From Antechinus flavipes (lineage: Eukaryota), in contig NC_067403.1 of the NCBI RefSeq assembly GCF_016432865.1, positions 242,730,001-242,794,000 of the forward strand: DNA of 64,000 nt. The letters run 5' to 3'. This document shows positions 13,657 through 26,900 of this stretch, piece after piece (position 1 is the first letter of the stretch; each line of letters starts with the position of its first letter). The notes below the pieces were generated by a model. The model was not told the origin of the DNA. It saw only the letters and a program-made list of their open reading frames with translations, and did no database searches. A program made the position numbers and the translations under genes.

Positions 13657-16595
13657 TTTCCCATTATAGTTCAGAAATAGATGTTAAGTCAAAGACTTTA
13701 ATCCTTTGAAGAAATAAAGATTTCCATGAGCCCAAACTGTTTTGTTCATAGCAATATCATTTTAAAATTTCATATTTTTATCTTCATTGTTTTGTTGTCG
13801 CACTAAAAATCACTTCAGCAAGATTTTTTTAATCTAGGCCTAAAAAGAAGAAAAAAGGATAAAACAGTAGTTAAAACAAAAAAAAAAAAATGGAATGAAT
13901 ACAGCAAATGGACCTAATGATTTGAGGTACCTTGCTGACATAGGCTATAAAGCATGGAGCCTAGATTCAGAGGGAGCTGAGTTCAAATCTACCTTCAGAT
14001 GCTTATTAGTTGTATGTCACTCTTTAAATCACTTAATGTCTTCTACTTCAGAATCTTCACTTCTGTAATGTATATATAGGATATTCTTTATCTCACAGGT
14101 TTATTGTGTGGATAAAGTGACATATTATTTAGAAAATTCACTGCAAACTTCAAAAAATAACTATATTATCTATTATCACCATAGTTCTTCGAGTTGTGAA
14201 TCTATGTATATGATTGTACATATGCGTATGCTTGCTTATGAGTGTCATGACATATATGCACATTTGGATTTTCATAGGTAAGGTTAACATGAAGTATTAT
14301 ACTTTAGAACTACAATTTTAAAGTAGGAATGTAAATAATAAATTCAGACGATTTGCAGTTAAGGTGTTTTGTCTGGGGAAACATTCTATAATTAGCATAT
14401 CAATCAAAACAATAAGTCTTCCCTCCAGAGCACATGTCTGAGCTACCTTTTCCTGCCTTTAACATGAATCAGAGCATAATGGACTGAGAGCAAAAGGTGA
14501 TGTTTTACCTCATATGCTACTTACTATACTCGGGTAACAATCTGGCACTTTCATAGCTGAGAAAGTACAATGAAAGATGGTGATTTTTTTCAAAGAAAAT
14601 ATTGAGAATAGAAAACTGAAGACTATGTCTTGTGAAAATTCTGTTCTTTTCTAATCACTAAATGTTTTAAGTACCTAATTTGTGCAAGCTGATGTGTTAA
14701 ACTCTCAGATGAAAAATTTACAATGAAACAATTTTTACTCTCAAATAAACATAGTTTATTGGATGAATATACTGTATATACATGTACATATCATGCCATG
14801 AGTATTTGAAGAAGGAGAAAGAAAATTAACAAATGCTGTTATGAAGGTAGCAATCAAAACAGAGTTAGTACCTGAGTTTAAATTTAAAGAAAGGTTTCTT
14901 GAACACAAATGAGGATGGACTAGAGGATTGTTTAAGCTGTGAGTCTGTATGAATTTACAAAAGGATGTCCAGGAAATTGCTAATAGTTCAATTAGAGAAT
15001 ACCATGGACTTCATAAGACCATAAATTTTAGAAAGGGAGGTTTAGAACAGGACAAAAAAGATTTAAGTGGAAAAGAGAAAGATAAATAGAAGAGAAGAAA
15101 TAAAGAACATATAGGAGAAAGGGTTGTACAACAGTACTAAAACTAAATGGAAGACCAGACGGATGAATCTTAAATAGAGGATATCACAATAGAAAATCAA
15201 GACCTATGATTTTTTTAAATGACAAACCAGTCTTGGAAAGTAGTCCTATAGCCTATAAAATACAAAATATTGAAAAGGATGTCTTAAAATGTCTTAAGCT
15301 CTGTAATGTAAAAGAGGAGTAACTTAATTTGGCCTAAATCATGCAATTAAAATTAATGTGGGGATTCATTTGGCTCACAATGAGAACCCCTGCAGGGATT
15401 GAATGATATCAAATGGAGAAGACATTCAAATTTTGGTTGACTAATGGATTCCAAATTTCATTTCCATATGTGCAATATTGTAACTATAAGCAACTAAGAA
15501 ACAAGGAAGCTTATTGGGGATCTTTTTTTTCCCTTGATGACTGAAGCTTATTGGAGACCCTTGTTTTGTCCTTGATGATTAAAATTGGGATTTGAAGAAC
15601 TGAATTTTAATTTTTACTTGAATAAATGAATTTTAAATGTTTAAAAGTAATAATTTATTACTTGTTAAACCCTCAAGTTAGAAATGAAAAAAATTAAAAT
15701 AGGTAATTATATCACATGGAGGTAAAATTTTAGGAATGTTAAAATGTTATGTAGCACTTTCCTCACAAAATATCAGTAATCCAGGTAAATAGTAATTAAT
15801 TTTAAATAACAGATGAGGAAAATAGATCTACTAAAAAAAATAGCCATTATGAAAACAGGATTCCTCATCCCCAGGCTTTTGTTTCATTTTCTTAAATCTG
15901 AATTACATGAAGAAAAATTAGTTCATTGACGAAGAGTAGTTTCTTCAAAGGTGTCATAGGAATAATTAAAATGACCCAATTTTTCTTTCATACTTCTTCT
16001 AAGAACATATGGCAAAATAAAGAAGGATAATATTATGAGTCAAGAACAAGTTGAAGATAGAAATGAGTCCAGTGAGCAGTGTTCTTTGTGGCTTCTCTAG
16101 AATCTCCAGCTATAAGATTTTAGGTATTTGTCAACAAATTCAAAATGTCAGCTTATTAGTAATAATAAGTAAGGATATATTAATATCTTAATTTGTTGAT
16201 CATACCAAAATAAAAAAAAATAAGAATGACTGGCAATGTTTGACAAAAATTTGCTAACACATGGATTTAATGCTACTCACCCAAACAGATTGGACAAGAT
16301 CTTTATATCCTAAAATGTACTTCACCTTCACCATGAAAGACAAATTTTTTTACCAGGAATGATTCTTATGAAGCAGGGAACTGGGTTTATAATTAATTAA
16401 ATGTTAGAATAGGCCTTGGGAAGGTGTGAAGTCATAATCACTTGAAATAGTTTTTTTTTTTTTTTTTTTAATTTGAGTCTTTGTTCTACATGGTTTATTT
16501 ACACTTATCTAGTGAATTATTTTAAGTATTGTATAATTTACTTATTCTCTTTATAGATAAAGCACATCTCTTGAAATTCTTTTCTTTTTACATAG

Positions 16596-17525
16596 ATGGA
16601 AAAAGGAAGGAATGTAACAGAATTCATCTTATTAGGACTTACACAGAATCTGAAGATGCAGAAAGTAATATTTGCCTTGTTTTTGATCTTATACACGGTA
16701 ACACTTACAGGCAATGTTCTCATTATGGTGACAATCAGCAACAGTCAGACTCTAAACTCCCCTATGTATTTCTTCCTGGCACACTTATCTTTTATAGATA
16801 CAATGTTTTCATCTTCTTCAGCACCTAAACTTATTGTAGACTCCCTAAAAGAGAAGAAAACAATCTCCTTCAATTGGTGCATGACCCAAGTCTATGCAGA
16901 ACATGCCTTTGGGGCTGCTGAGATCATCTTGCTCACAGTGATGGCCTATGATCGGTATGTTGCCATCTGTAAACCACTCCACTATACTACAATCATGAGC
17001 AAGAAGTTGTGTGGTCTCCTTGTGGGGGTAGCTTGGACAGGGGGCTTTCTCCATGCAACGATCCAGATTCTTTTCACAATATGGTTGCCTTTTTGTGGAC
17101 CCAACATCATAGATCACTTCATGTGTGACTTGTACCCTTTGCTCAAACTTGTTTGCATGGACACATATACTCTTGGTCTATTTGTAGCAGCTAATAGTGG
17201 CTTTAACTGTCTGTTAAATTTTCTCTTGTTGATGATCTCCTATGTGGTTATTCTGCGTTCCCTGAGGAATCATAGTGTGGAGGGCAGACGTAAAGCCCTC
17301 TCCACCTGTGTCTCGCATATCACTGTAGTTATCTTATTGTTTTTGCCTTGCATATTTGTGTATCTGAGACCGGTGAAGACCCTTCCCATAGATAAAGCTG
17401 TGGCTGTCTTTTATAGTATGGTAGCTCCCCTGTTAAACCCTTTAATTTACACATTAAGGAACACAGAGGTAAAAAATGCTATAAGGAAGCTCTGGACTCA
17501 GAAAGTAAATTTAGATGATAAGTAA
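16596..17525 (+). CDS. Olfactory receptor OR4C12-like, intact 309 aa; close paralog of the 2786 gene
   Basis: All OR motifs are present. The 5' ~550 bp is nearly identical to 2786..3715. Confidence 0.97.
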   Translation: MEKGRNVTEFILLGLTQNLKMQKVIFALFLILYTVTLTGNVLIMVTISNSQTLNSPMYFFLAHLSFIDTMFSSSSAPKLIVDSLKEKKTISFNWCMTQVYAEHAFGAAEIILLTVMAYDRYVAICKPLHYTTIMSKKLCGLLVGVAWTGGFLHATIQILFTIWLPFCGPNIIDHFMCDLYPLLKLVCMDTYTLGLFVAANSGFNCLLNFLLLMISYVVILRSLRNHSVEGRRKALSTCVSHITVVILLFLPCIFVYLRPVKTLPIDKAVAVFYSMVAPLLNPLIYTLRNTEVKNAIRKLWTQKVNLDDK

Positions 17526-17721
17526 ACAGACCTCTAGGAAAACATTCCTATCAATATTCATTTACAAGCACTGAGAGCCCAATCTTAAATAGAACTGGTC
17601 TACTGGTCATTATGCTGGGAATATGAAATTTAAAGAACATCACATTTAATACTGTAGCAAGCATAGACGGCTTTTTTTTTTTTAACCAATCAATTATTGT
17701 TTAGAATTGTTCTTTGAGACC

Positions 17722-18275
17722 TGTAATGGACCAGAACTCTGGAGAAATGTACTTGAAACAAGGATTCTTACAACAAGGTGTTAACTCAGTGGAATTGATG
17801 AGAATATGGTTATCTAGTTTAGCATGGTGATTAATAGTTCTCTAGTTCAGTATGACTGATTTAATCTTACAACAAATAATGGTTCTCTAGTGATATGACT
17901 GACTTATACTCAGTATGATGAATAGATTTAACTGTAATAGAGTATTTAAGAGGTCAAAGTCAGACCTAGAAAAGGACTTGAAGAGATTCCAAGAAGACAA
18001 AGGACTGGATACTGGAGCTCAAGCTCTGGGACTCAGAAAGGCATTCAATCTTCATCAGCCTCCTGGTGGCTGGCCCGTGCTCCTTCATTCTCCACTGAGA
18101 TCAAGGCCTTTCTGAAGGCCTTCAGAAAGCTAGACAAGCCTCAGGTGAAGGAGACAGACTATGACGAAGATAATAAAGACTTTTGGACTTTATTTTTGGC
18201 TATTCTCATGGTGATTACTCTGCTGAGACGAAGGCTGGTCCAAAGGTGCTCCAGAAAGCAAACCAGAACATTACA
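17722..18275 (+). mobile_element. Solo LTR (554 bp)
   Basis: TGTA...TACA termini, TATTTAAG box ~17943 and AATAAA at 18172. Degenerate 6-bp TSD GAGACC/GAGGTC. U3 is similar to the LTRs at 60544 and 61565. Confidence 0.88.
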
Positions 18276-19427
18276 GAGGTCCCTACAAAATAAGAAATTC
18301 AGAGTCTGTGGTATTAAAAGTGATAAATTTAAGAGAATTTCTCCTAATAATCACCTTTGGTAACTACACTTACTTGCAAAGTAATTTAAAAGTGATAATC
18401 TATAATTGTTCTGAAACTCCAAGTTTTTTTTTTTTTTAATTTATTTTTAGATAATACAGCTATACCTACCTGACTAAATTCAGCTAACTAATAAGCCAGG
18501 AAAAAAGTAGAATTTGATTTGGGCATACTTTCATCTCACAACTCCCTCAAATCTCTACACTGACCATTTTTTTTTTGGTAGTCCATCCAAGATCTTTTTT
18601 GTCCATTAGTCCATTATCAAGGAGAATCCTTTTCAGGAACCTCAAGTTGCCTCAAAGTCTAACCTCTTGGTTTTTGTGGTTGTTGTTTGTTTGTTTTGTC
18701 CTTTTAACTAGTGAATCCTGAGATATTTATTGGCATCCAAAGGTCACAAAAGTAAAATGAGATGAATCTCAATTCAGAGCTTCTTAAGTCTAGGTCCACT
18801 GCTTTATCCACTACATGCAGTACATACAACTATCTCTAATTACCTTCCTGAGGGTTGCAACAATTTTTTTCTGGGAAAAATAAAAAGATTCCTGACTCTT
18901 GGAATTTTTCTCATCATGTTATTCTCATCATGGCTACCAATAAAAGGAAGAAGTTGAATGGAAGTAGCTATGTTATAAATTATTAGCTTTTTAAAAAATC
19001 ATGTCTGAATGCATAGAAAAGAAGAGAATCTATAAATTGATATCCCTCTGAGCTCAAAATATCTGTACTGCATTTGTTTCCAAGTTAAGCTACATGTGTC
19101 CTTGATAAGCCTATAGTCAATATGGAAATCTAGGAATAAGAGGATCACCAGATTGTATAAACCTAGGACCACGATAAAAATGGAGGAGGTTAAAGATCCT
19201 ATACCCAATGTATACGACTGAGTCCATGAATGGTTATTCCAACTTCTGTGAGATAAGGAGACTTAGTCTCCCATAAGTAAATAAACAAATAAACAAATGA
19301 ATTGAGAAATTAATAAAATAAATAAATAAATTGATATATAAATGGAATAATAATAAATGGATAAATAAATAAAACAGTTTTAGAAAATCAAATCCCTTTC
19401 ATTTATGATTTCTTCACTACCACCAAT

Positions 19428-19455
19428 ACACACACACACACACACACACACACAC
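19428..19455. repeat. (CA)n microsatellite
   Basis: Direct reading. Confidence 0.95.
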
Positions 19456-19518
19456 CCCAAACAAAAACAACTAGCTATTTTTAAAAAACACACTAAATCC
19501 TGAAATACATTTTGCAGT

Positions 19519-19670
19519 NNNNNNNNNNNNNNNNNNNNNNNNNNNNNNNNNNNNNNNNNNNNNNNNNNNNNNNNNNNNNNNNNNNNNNNNNNNNNNNNNN
19601 NNNNNNNNNNNNNNNNNNNNNNNNNNNNNNNNNNNNNNNNNNNNNNNNNNNNNNNNNNNNNNNNNNNNNN
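19519..19670. other. Assembly gap (152 N)
   Basis: N run. Confidence 1.
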
Positions 19671-20068
19671 GGTAGCACTCCCTAATTCTTAGTACACTTT
19701 GCTTTCAGTCTCCCTTACTCTAATTCTTTAAATTTCGCTCCATTTCATCCTTCCAGGAGTCACATGTATAATGGATTTCAGATACCTCCTTTCTCAAGGA
19801 GTTTACATTTTGGTTTACAGCCTTTCTCTCTATTTGTATTATTGATTTCATACTTGGTAGCTTCATTAACATATTAATTTATGCTCTAAGAAACACTTTC
19901 TTCCCAATTCATTGGGATGTCTTACAATGTACGCATGAACTCCAACATCCTATTTATATATTTACCTCAATCATTTTATTCATTGAAAATTCCTTTTCTG
20001 TTAACATTTTCCCAGCCTTCTAAGCTTGCACTTTAATTTTACTACAATAGAAGCCAGAAGTTCTTAAT

Positions 20069-20070
<2 letters not shown>

Positions 20071-20113
<43 letters not shown>
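20071..20113. repeat. (GT)n microsatellite
   Basis: Direct reading. Confidence 0.95.
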
Positions 20114-20114
<1 letters not shown>

Positions 20115-22113
20115 TGGACTATCAGAGCAAACTGATGAAACCCATGACTCTTGATCTTCAGAATAATATTCTAAAAACAAAAATAAAATATATAAGATTG
20201 TGATAATTTTTATCAAAATAGTCAAGAAATGTGGTTGCAGACCTGAAGTTAAGAACCTATTTTCTCATTTTTTTTAATATTTATGTTCTCAAAGTCCATC
20301 AATACTTTCCTGAATTTGTTTTCCTTCTTTAGCGTCTTGACCCTGTAGATATATGTAATAATTGGGGAAATACCATTTATGAACTTTGAGGATTCTATCC
20401 ACAAATACTGTTAATACTGTTACATTTTGTTAGTACTAACAAATATATGAATTGTTTTTAGTGCCAGAACAGACTAATGATATTATATATGTGGCTGTAA
20501 CACAAGATGAACTAACTACTTGAAGCACTGAAGAGGAAGAAGAGGAAGAGCTAAGAATCACAACTCCTATAAAACCATGATCATCTTTTCTTGCTTGGTT
20601 GGGTTATGTTTGTAGCAGTCAGGTCACTCTCTGAACATATAATGCCTTTGCTTAGAACCTGGTAGCAAGCCAAACAGATGCAATGATCCATGATATCAGG
20701 GAGCTGTCTAGGCCATTTTGAAGATACACTCAAAATCTTCAATGAAATAGTAATATAAGACATCAAATTTCTTTGTTGATTCAGTTCCCGATAATTACAA
20801 GATTAGAAATAAAAAGGTGAATTGGAACAGAGGTGTGTGTCCTTTGATACATGTTTTTAATTCTACTTTATCTTATCTTACTTTTTACTAATCAAATTAA
20901 ACTGTTTAACCATGTCCTTGAGCTTTGAGAAACTGGCATAATTCACAGGGCCTTTTAGGAAGTGAGTGGAGTGTGAATGAATGAAAAGTATACAGATACT
21001 CGATAGATGCTGTTTGGTTTATGTGCAGTATAGCTACTGAAATTTACTATTAAAAAGTAAACATATTTTAGTTTTATTCAAAAAACGTTTTCAACTTAAC
21101 AACTCTCTGAAAATGTCTCAGGAATCACCAGGGGTTTACCATAGTTTGAAAAGTTGGATGATTAAAATAATAAAAAGCAGTCACAAAAAGTAAGTCTTTA
21201 TTCTAAAAAAGTCATGCCAGACAAATCTTAATCTTATATAAATTTAAAAGATTTAGATTAATACAGATATATTGATTTAGAAAGATATGTACATAAATAT
21301 ATAATATTACTTTATAAATCAAGATGATGATGAATATGTGTTTTAGTAAGACTTTTTTAGTATATTTGACAAAGGCTTTTGTTCTATTATTGTGAACAGG
21401 ATGGATAAGAAAAAAGATAGTTTAGATGATAATATAAATAGGTGGATTTGAAACCTAATTGAACCAGACTCAAAAAATAATATTTTCATTGTGGGAGGAG
21501 GTTTTGTGAATATTATTATGAGTTGTATTGGTGTCCCTTTGATTTTCCAGATTAACTTCCTTCCCATTGTCTACATTCCAAAACGGGCCTTCTCATTACT
21601 CTTCACCTATAGCAACCCATCTTTTTTTTTTTTTTTTTTTTTTACAAAGTTTAAACCCAATGCCTGATGGACAACCTTTTCCCCCTCCACCTAGTAGAAC
21701 CCTAACATCCTTTAAGACTTAGACCAAGTGCCATTTTTTACATGAGATGAGCCCTGATTTCCCATATATCCCCTATTTATAGGGCTGCTTTTAAAATTAG
21801 GTCATGTTTGATTTCTATCCTTTGTGTGTACTACTGAGTGTTATGTTGTTTTTTCCACCCCATAATATAATGCAAGTTTTATAAGGACAAAAATAATTTA
21901 ATGTTTGTCTTTAAATAACAAAAGCATTTGGTCTATTAATAAGTATTTACTAAGTACTATGCAAAATGCCAGGCACAGAGTAGGCACACACAAAACTATT
22001 GTAACCAAGAAAGGCATCCATACACTAGTATTTCATTCATGAAAAAAATTGATGCTTACCTTCTTTGTATAGATAGATATAGATATTATATATTCAAAAA
22101 TTAAGAGAATTCA

Positions 22114-22249
22114 GGGCAGCTATGTGGTGCAGTGGATAGAGCACCAGTCCTGAAGTTAGGAGGACTTGGGTTCAAATCTGAACTCAGACACTTAACACTT
22201 CCAACTGTGTGACCCTGGGCAAGTCACTTAACCTCAATTGCCTCAGCAA

Positions 22250-22283
<34 letters not shown>

Positions 22284-22285
22284 TA
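22114..22285 (+). mobile_element. tRNA-derived marsupial SINE (WSINE1-like) with (AAT)n tail
   Basis: GGGCAGCTA.GTGGTGCAGTGGATAGAGCACC A-box head, GGGTTCAAATC B box, core CTGTGTGACCCTGGGCAAGTCACTTAACC and a (TAA)n tail. Confidence 0.88.
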
Positions 22286-22603
22286 AGGGATAGATAGCAT
22301 GAAGATTGTTCATAGGCACTATAAGTCTCTCTTATCTTCTTTATTATCCATTCATTATCTCCATTAAACAGCTTTATAAATATAATTATATCTCACCTAA
22401 GATAGAGCCCTTTATACACATTTCAAGAATGTTATAGAAAAACTTTCAATGTAGACATAATGAACATCAGTTAGCAATTTCATTTTTAATATACCATGGA
22501 ATGTTCCTTTCACCTTTCAACAAAATGGTATTTAAAATATAGTTCCTCTTCCTTCCCCTCACATATAACTTTTGAGTCTGGTAATTTTATTAGGAGTCCT
22601 TTA

Positions 22604-23530
22604 CTAGGTAACCAGAGTCTCCTTTCGACTGCATAATTTCTTGATGGCATTTTTCATTTGGTTATTTCTCAGTGTGTAGATTAAAGGGTTTAACATGGGG
22701 GTGATAATTGTGTAAAAAATTGCAACAGCTTTATCCATGGGAAAGGTTGTTGCAGGCCTCATATAGATAAAAATGCACGGGACAAAGAATAAGACAACCA
22801 CAGTGATGTGGGAACCACAGGTGGAGAGGGCTTTGCGTCTCCCCTCCACACTGTGAGTCTTGAGAGAACTCAGGATGACAGCATAGGAGACCATTAAGAG
22901 GAGGAAGTTTAAAAAACAGATGAAACCACTGTTGGCTGCAACAAAAAGGCCAAGGGTATGAGTATCAGCACAAGCAAGGTTCAGCAAAGGATTTAAATCA
23001 CACATAAAGTGATCGATGACATTGGGACCACAAAAGGGTAATTGGATCAGGAACAACATCTGTATGGTTGCGTGGAATAAACCTCCTATCCATACTACAC
23101 CCACCAAGAGATAACGCACACGCCAATTCATGATGTTCACATAATGCAGGGGCTTGCAAATTGCTACATAGCGGTCATAGGCCATTACTGTAAGGAGAAT
23201 GCCCTCTGCCCCTCCAAAGAAGTGTTCTCCAAAGACTTGGGTCATGCAACCATTGAAGTAAATGGTTTTCTTTTCATAGAGTGAGTCTATAATGAGTTTA
23301 GGTGTGTTAACAGAAGAATAGCAAGCATCTATAAAAGACAGATAGGCAAGAAAAAAGTACATGGGGGAATTCAGGGTTGGGCTGATGTTGATGGTTATGA
23401 CAATGAGTGTGTTACCTACCATTGTAATACCATAGATGATAAAAAATACAACAAAAATGATTTTCTGCATCTTTGGATTCTCTGTAAGTCCCAATAGGAT
23501 AAATTCAGTCACATTGTTTCCATTATCCAT
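22604..23530 (-). CDS. Olfactory receptor OR4C13/OR4C46-like, intact 308 aa
   Basis: [24 protein letters not shown] and [12 protein letters not shown] are present. [30 protein letters not shown] and QMKNAI resemble human OR4C13 as recalled. Confidence 0.97.
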   Translation of the reverse strand: MDNGNNVTEFILLGLTENPKMQKIIFVVFFIIYGITMVGNTLIVITINISPTLNSPMYFFLAYLSFIDACYSSVNTPKLIIDSLYEKKTIYFNGCMTQVFGEHFFGGAEGILLTVMAYDRYVAICKPLHYVNIMNWRVRYLLVGVVWIGGLFHATIQMLFLIQLPFCGPNVIDHFMCDLNPLLNLACADTHTLGLFVAANSGFICFLNFLLLMVSYAVILSSLKTHSVEGRRKALSTCGSHITVVVLFFVPCIFIYMRPATTFPMDKAVAIFYTIITPMLNPLIYTLRNNQMKNAIKKLCSRKETLVT

Positions 23531-24654
23531 TTATTCCATGGGGCTCTTGAATTCAGGCAAGAATTTTTTAATCTGTAAAAAAGGAAAATTTTTCAGTAAG
23601 GGAGCCTTCTGTTTTATTTTGTTTTGTTTTTGTTTTTGCTTTTGCTTTTTGTTTTTCACTCTGCTCTAGGAAGGTCATGTGGAGAGAGGTTGATTTTGGA
23701 ATCTAAGAAGACTACATTTATATCTCAAATATCCCTGTCACTAAGTAAACTTGAAGTAGGCAGTTTATACCATATAAACTTATATGCCTTATAGCCTTAT
23801 AATTAACTTGGCTTAGAGATAAGGAAAAGATCTGAATTTAAGAGAACCTGGGTTCAAATTATTCTCAGACGTATATTACTAATAATAGTTATACAACCTA
23901 GCATTTATATAGTACTTATAAAATATATGCTAGTTTTTTACTTTTAATTGTTTTGAAAATTGATTTATATGTAATTCCTCATTTCATTCCCACAGCAACC
24001 TCTTAGGTAAAATGCTACTCTGCTATTTTTAGAGATAAGTCAATTGAGGATAGGACAGTTTCAGTTATTTTCCCAGAGTAACATATCTAATAAGTTTCTA
24101 AGTTTGAATTTGAATTCATATATTTTGGATTTCAAACCTATCATTCTATTCACTCAATTACCTAGTTGTATAATTCTGGCCATGTAGCTCTCTTTGTCTC
24201 AATTTCTTTATCTAAATATATGGGTGTGTAGGGTTAAACTCTATGCTCTGTTCTAGTTGTAAATCTATGATCTTAAGATATGATTATATACATTTCCTCA
24301 CTGAGCCATTAAAAGATCTATTTTAACACCATTAAATGCAATGTAATCATCCAATCATAATTCAAAGCATTCCATCAAATCTGTCTTGCTATTTAAAAAG
24401 ACAGGATTGAATGATGTGAGTTAGATGATACTATATTTAGATAGTTTAGAAATGTCAGGATGTGAATTATAAACACGAATAATTCAATATATGCTTAGAA
24501 TGGGGTATACATGAAGAACCCTTAAGTTATCTGCTTGGTCTTAAGCTGTTTAACGTTTTTATAATTGACTTAAAGATATATTTGACTTTTAAAATCAATT
24601 TGCAAATGGCACAATCTAGAATGGATAGATAAGACCATTATGATAAGTATCTGA

Positions 24655-25145
24655 AAAGAAATTTTATTTTTAATTAATTATTTTTAATACACATTGCTTT
24701 GTGAATTATATTGGAGGAGAAAAATCAGAAAAAAAAAAGAGAAAAATAATGGGAAATAGTTTTTTTTTTCTGAATGCAAATATAATTTTCCATCCAAAGT
24801 CTATTAGAATTGCTTTGGATCACTGAACCACAGAAAGAACCAAATTTTTCATAGTTGATCTTTACACATTCTTGCTGTTATTATGTATAATGTATTACTA
24901 TTTCTTTTTGTTTTGCTCCACATTAGTTCATGTAAATATTTCCAAGTTTTTCTAAAATCATCTTGTTCATCATTTCTATAGAACAATAATATTCTATTCA
25001 TATACCATAGCTTATTTTGTCATTCCCCAAATTTTGGACATCTACTCATTTTCAAATTCTATGCTACCACAAAAAAGAGCCATAATAATCATTTTTGCAT
25101 ATGGGTTTCTTTTTCCCTCTTTTATGATTTCTTTGGGATACAGAC
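24655..25145 (-). mobile_element. L1 3' end fragment
   Basis: CATAGTTGATC..CATTCTTGCTGTTA..TTTCTATAGAACAATAATATTC..TGCTACCACAAAAAAGAGC. Confidence 0.8.
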
Positions 25146-25479
25146 CAGTGGCAAAATTTTTTCTTAATATCTAATATTATCTGAAATGATTGTTGAGATT
25201 TTTTTGTCTTTCAGGCTAATGGATGAAGAGACATGATGTAGAACTTTTTCACTGACACAACCAGAACCTTCTTCCTCTCCTATTATCTACCATCTGGCTC
25301 TTCTTATATCACATTTGCTTTTCCTATACCAATATATATGTGTGTGTTCCTGTGTGTGGTGTGTATGTGTGGGGAGGTGCATGTGTATGTGTATCATATA
25401 AATCTCAGCAATGTCTATATCATCTAGTAAAGTTGTAACTTTATATTTATTCCTACCAAGGTCCTTTTTGATGTAATAC

Positions 25480-26900
25480 ACTTTCTGCTACATTTATTTC
25501 CTAGTTAATACCCTTTCTCTCCATCTTCAAACATATTTACTTTTTCTTGAATACACTTCTATACCAATTTATTATCCTTCTCAAGACAGTCAAAAATCAA
25601 TAAATATTTGTTAAGCATAAACAAACTTTTGTTCTGGGAAACTCTCCTAATCTATAGGATTATTAAACTTCAAAGATCCAAAACATGGGTCACAGTTTAA
25701 ACTTTATCCTTATCTAACTAGGCTACCTCAATGATTTTGAGATTTACATTTCCCCTTAGTTTATCTGAAGTCCTCCAAACTCTCTTTTTCAATCTCACTA
25801 CTCCGAACCTGTTGTATAAACTCTCTATCCAGTCACTCCATTTTCTCTGTCCTCCCAATTCATCATATCTGTTCTGTCCATAATTTAACTTTTTTTCCAG
25901 TGGAAATTCTTTCCTCTTAGATAATCTCTCCTTCTTGGATCTTCTATGTTAGTGTTTCCTAATTCTTACTTTTTTTTTTAGCTGTTCTTCCTTTGCTGGT
26001 ATCCCTCAGTCCTTCAAATTAAATCTTTGCTTTTCTTTATAGTCTTACTTTGTCGATATCATCTCCTTTAATAGATTTAAATACCTTCTATACATGGATA
26101 GCTGTGATGACCATGCTAGCACTCCAGATACCTCAGAATCAGCTGGAGTCAGGATAAGCAAAAATCCTTTGTCCTTATTCTTGGTCTTAGACACAGGATT
26201 GAACAGGATGGAAGCAGAATCTCTGCAACTGCTTTCTCCCTCATCTACCACCAAAGAGTGACTGGCTAGTCTTACTGCACCCCTTAGTTCCTCCTACAAT
26301 CCTCTGTATACACCAATCATTGAGCTAGCACGGATAGTGGAAAGGACCATTTTCCAAGCATATGCCCATAGATTATTGTCCAATCAGTAATTAGCCTCAA
26401 GTGCTCGGCAGTCCTGACCTCAGTGCCATGACTCAATGGTTTCAGTCCTCTACAGATAGCTCTAAAATATATAAAATCAAACCAATCATTTTTCCAGTGC
26501 CTTCATCCTGAAATTGTCTGTTTGACATTTCATCCTGCATGTGTGCAGGCATACTGAACTCTAAATTTTAAAAGGAAATTATCATTTTATAGCCTAACCC
26601 TGCCCTTTCTTGAAATTCCATAGCTTTGAGATCAACTTGCTTCTAGTCTCTGAAGTCTGTGATCTCAGGATGACTCTGGAATCTTCCCATTCCCACATTT
26701 CCTGCATGTAGTTAGTTGTCAATTCATGTCAGTTTTATCTATAGAATATCTCTACACTTTATCCCCTTTCATCCACTTAGTATATTTTAGCATATTTCAC
26801 TTCCATGATTTGAATAGCTTCTAAATTCATCCTACAATAAATCCTACAAATAATTATTGGGAAATCTTATCAGTTATAATCATTCACCTCTTCTCCTTGT
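25480..26900 (+). mobile_element. L2 LINE fragment (RT region), interrupted by an LTR
   Basis: Pyrimidine-rich L2 pattern. Joining across the LTR gives CTTCTATACATGGATAGCTCTAAAATATAT (LLYMDSSKIY), a decayed YADDSQIY. Confidence 0.7.
26103..26454 (-). mobile_element. Solo LTR (352 bp) inserted into an L2
   Basis: TG...CA termini with a perfect 6-bp TSD GATAGC (26097-26102 and 26455-26460). Confidence 0.9.

Larger units (their letters stand above)
14965..19350 (+). repeat. Ancient segmental duplication unit A2 (OR2 locus)
   Basis: Collinear with 232-7650. The two copies differ by lineage-specific L1 and LTR insertions. Confidence 0.85.

Noticed and set aside
16529-16828. 99-aa alternative-frame ORF overlapping the OR2 start
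   Set aside because: It begins at TTG in predicted intron sequence upstream of the acceptor at 16556 and is a shadow frame.
22114-22200. tRNA-like A and B boxes
   Set aside because: This is a SINE head followed by the CORE and an (AAT)n tail, not a tRNA gene.
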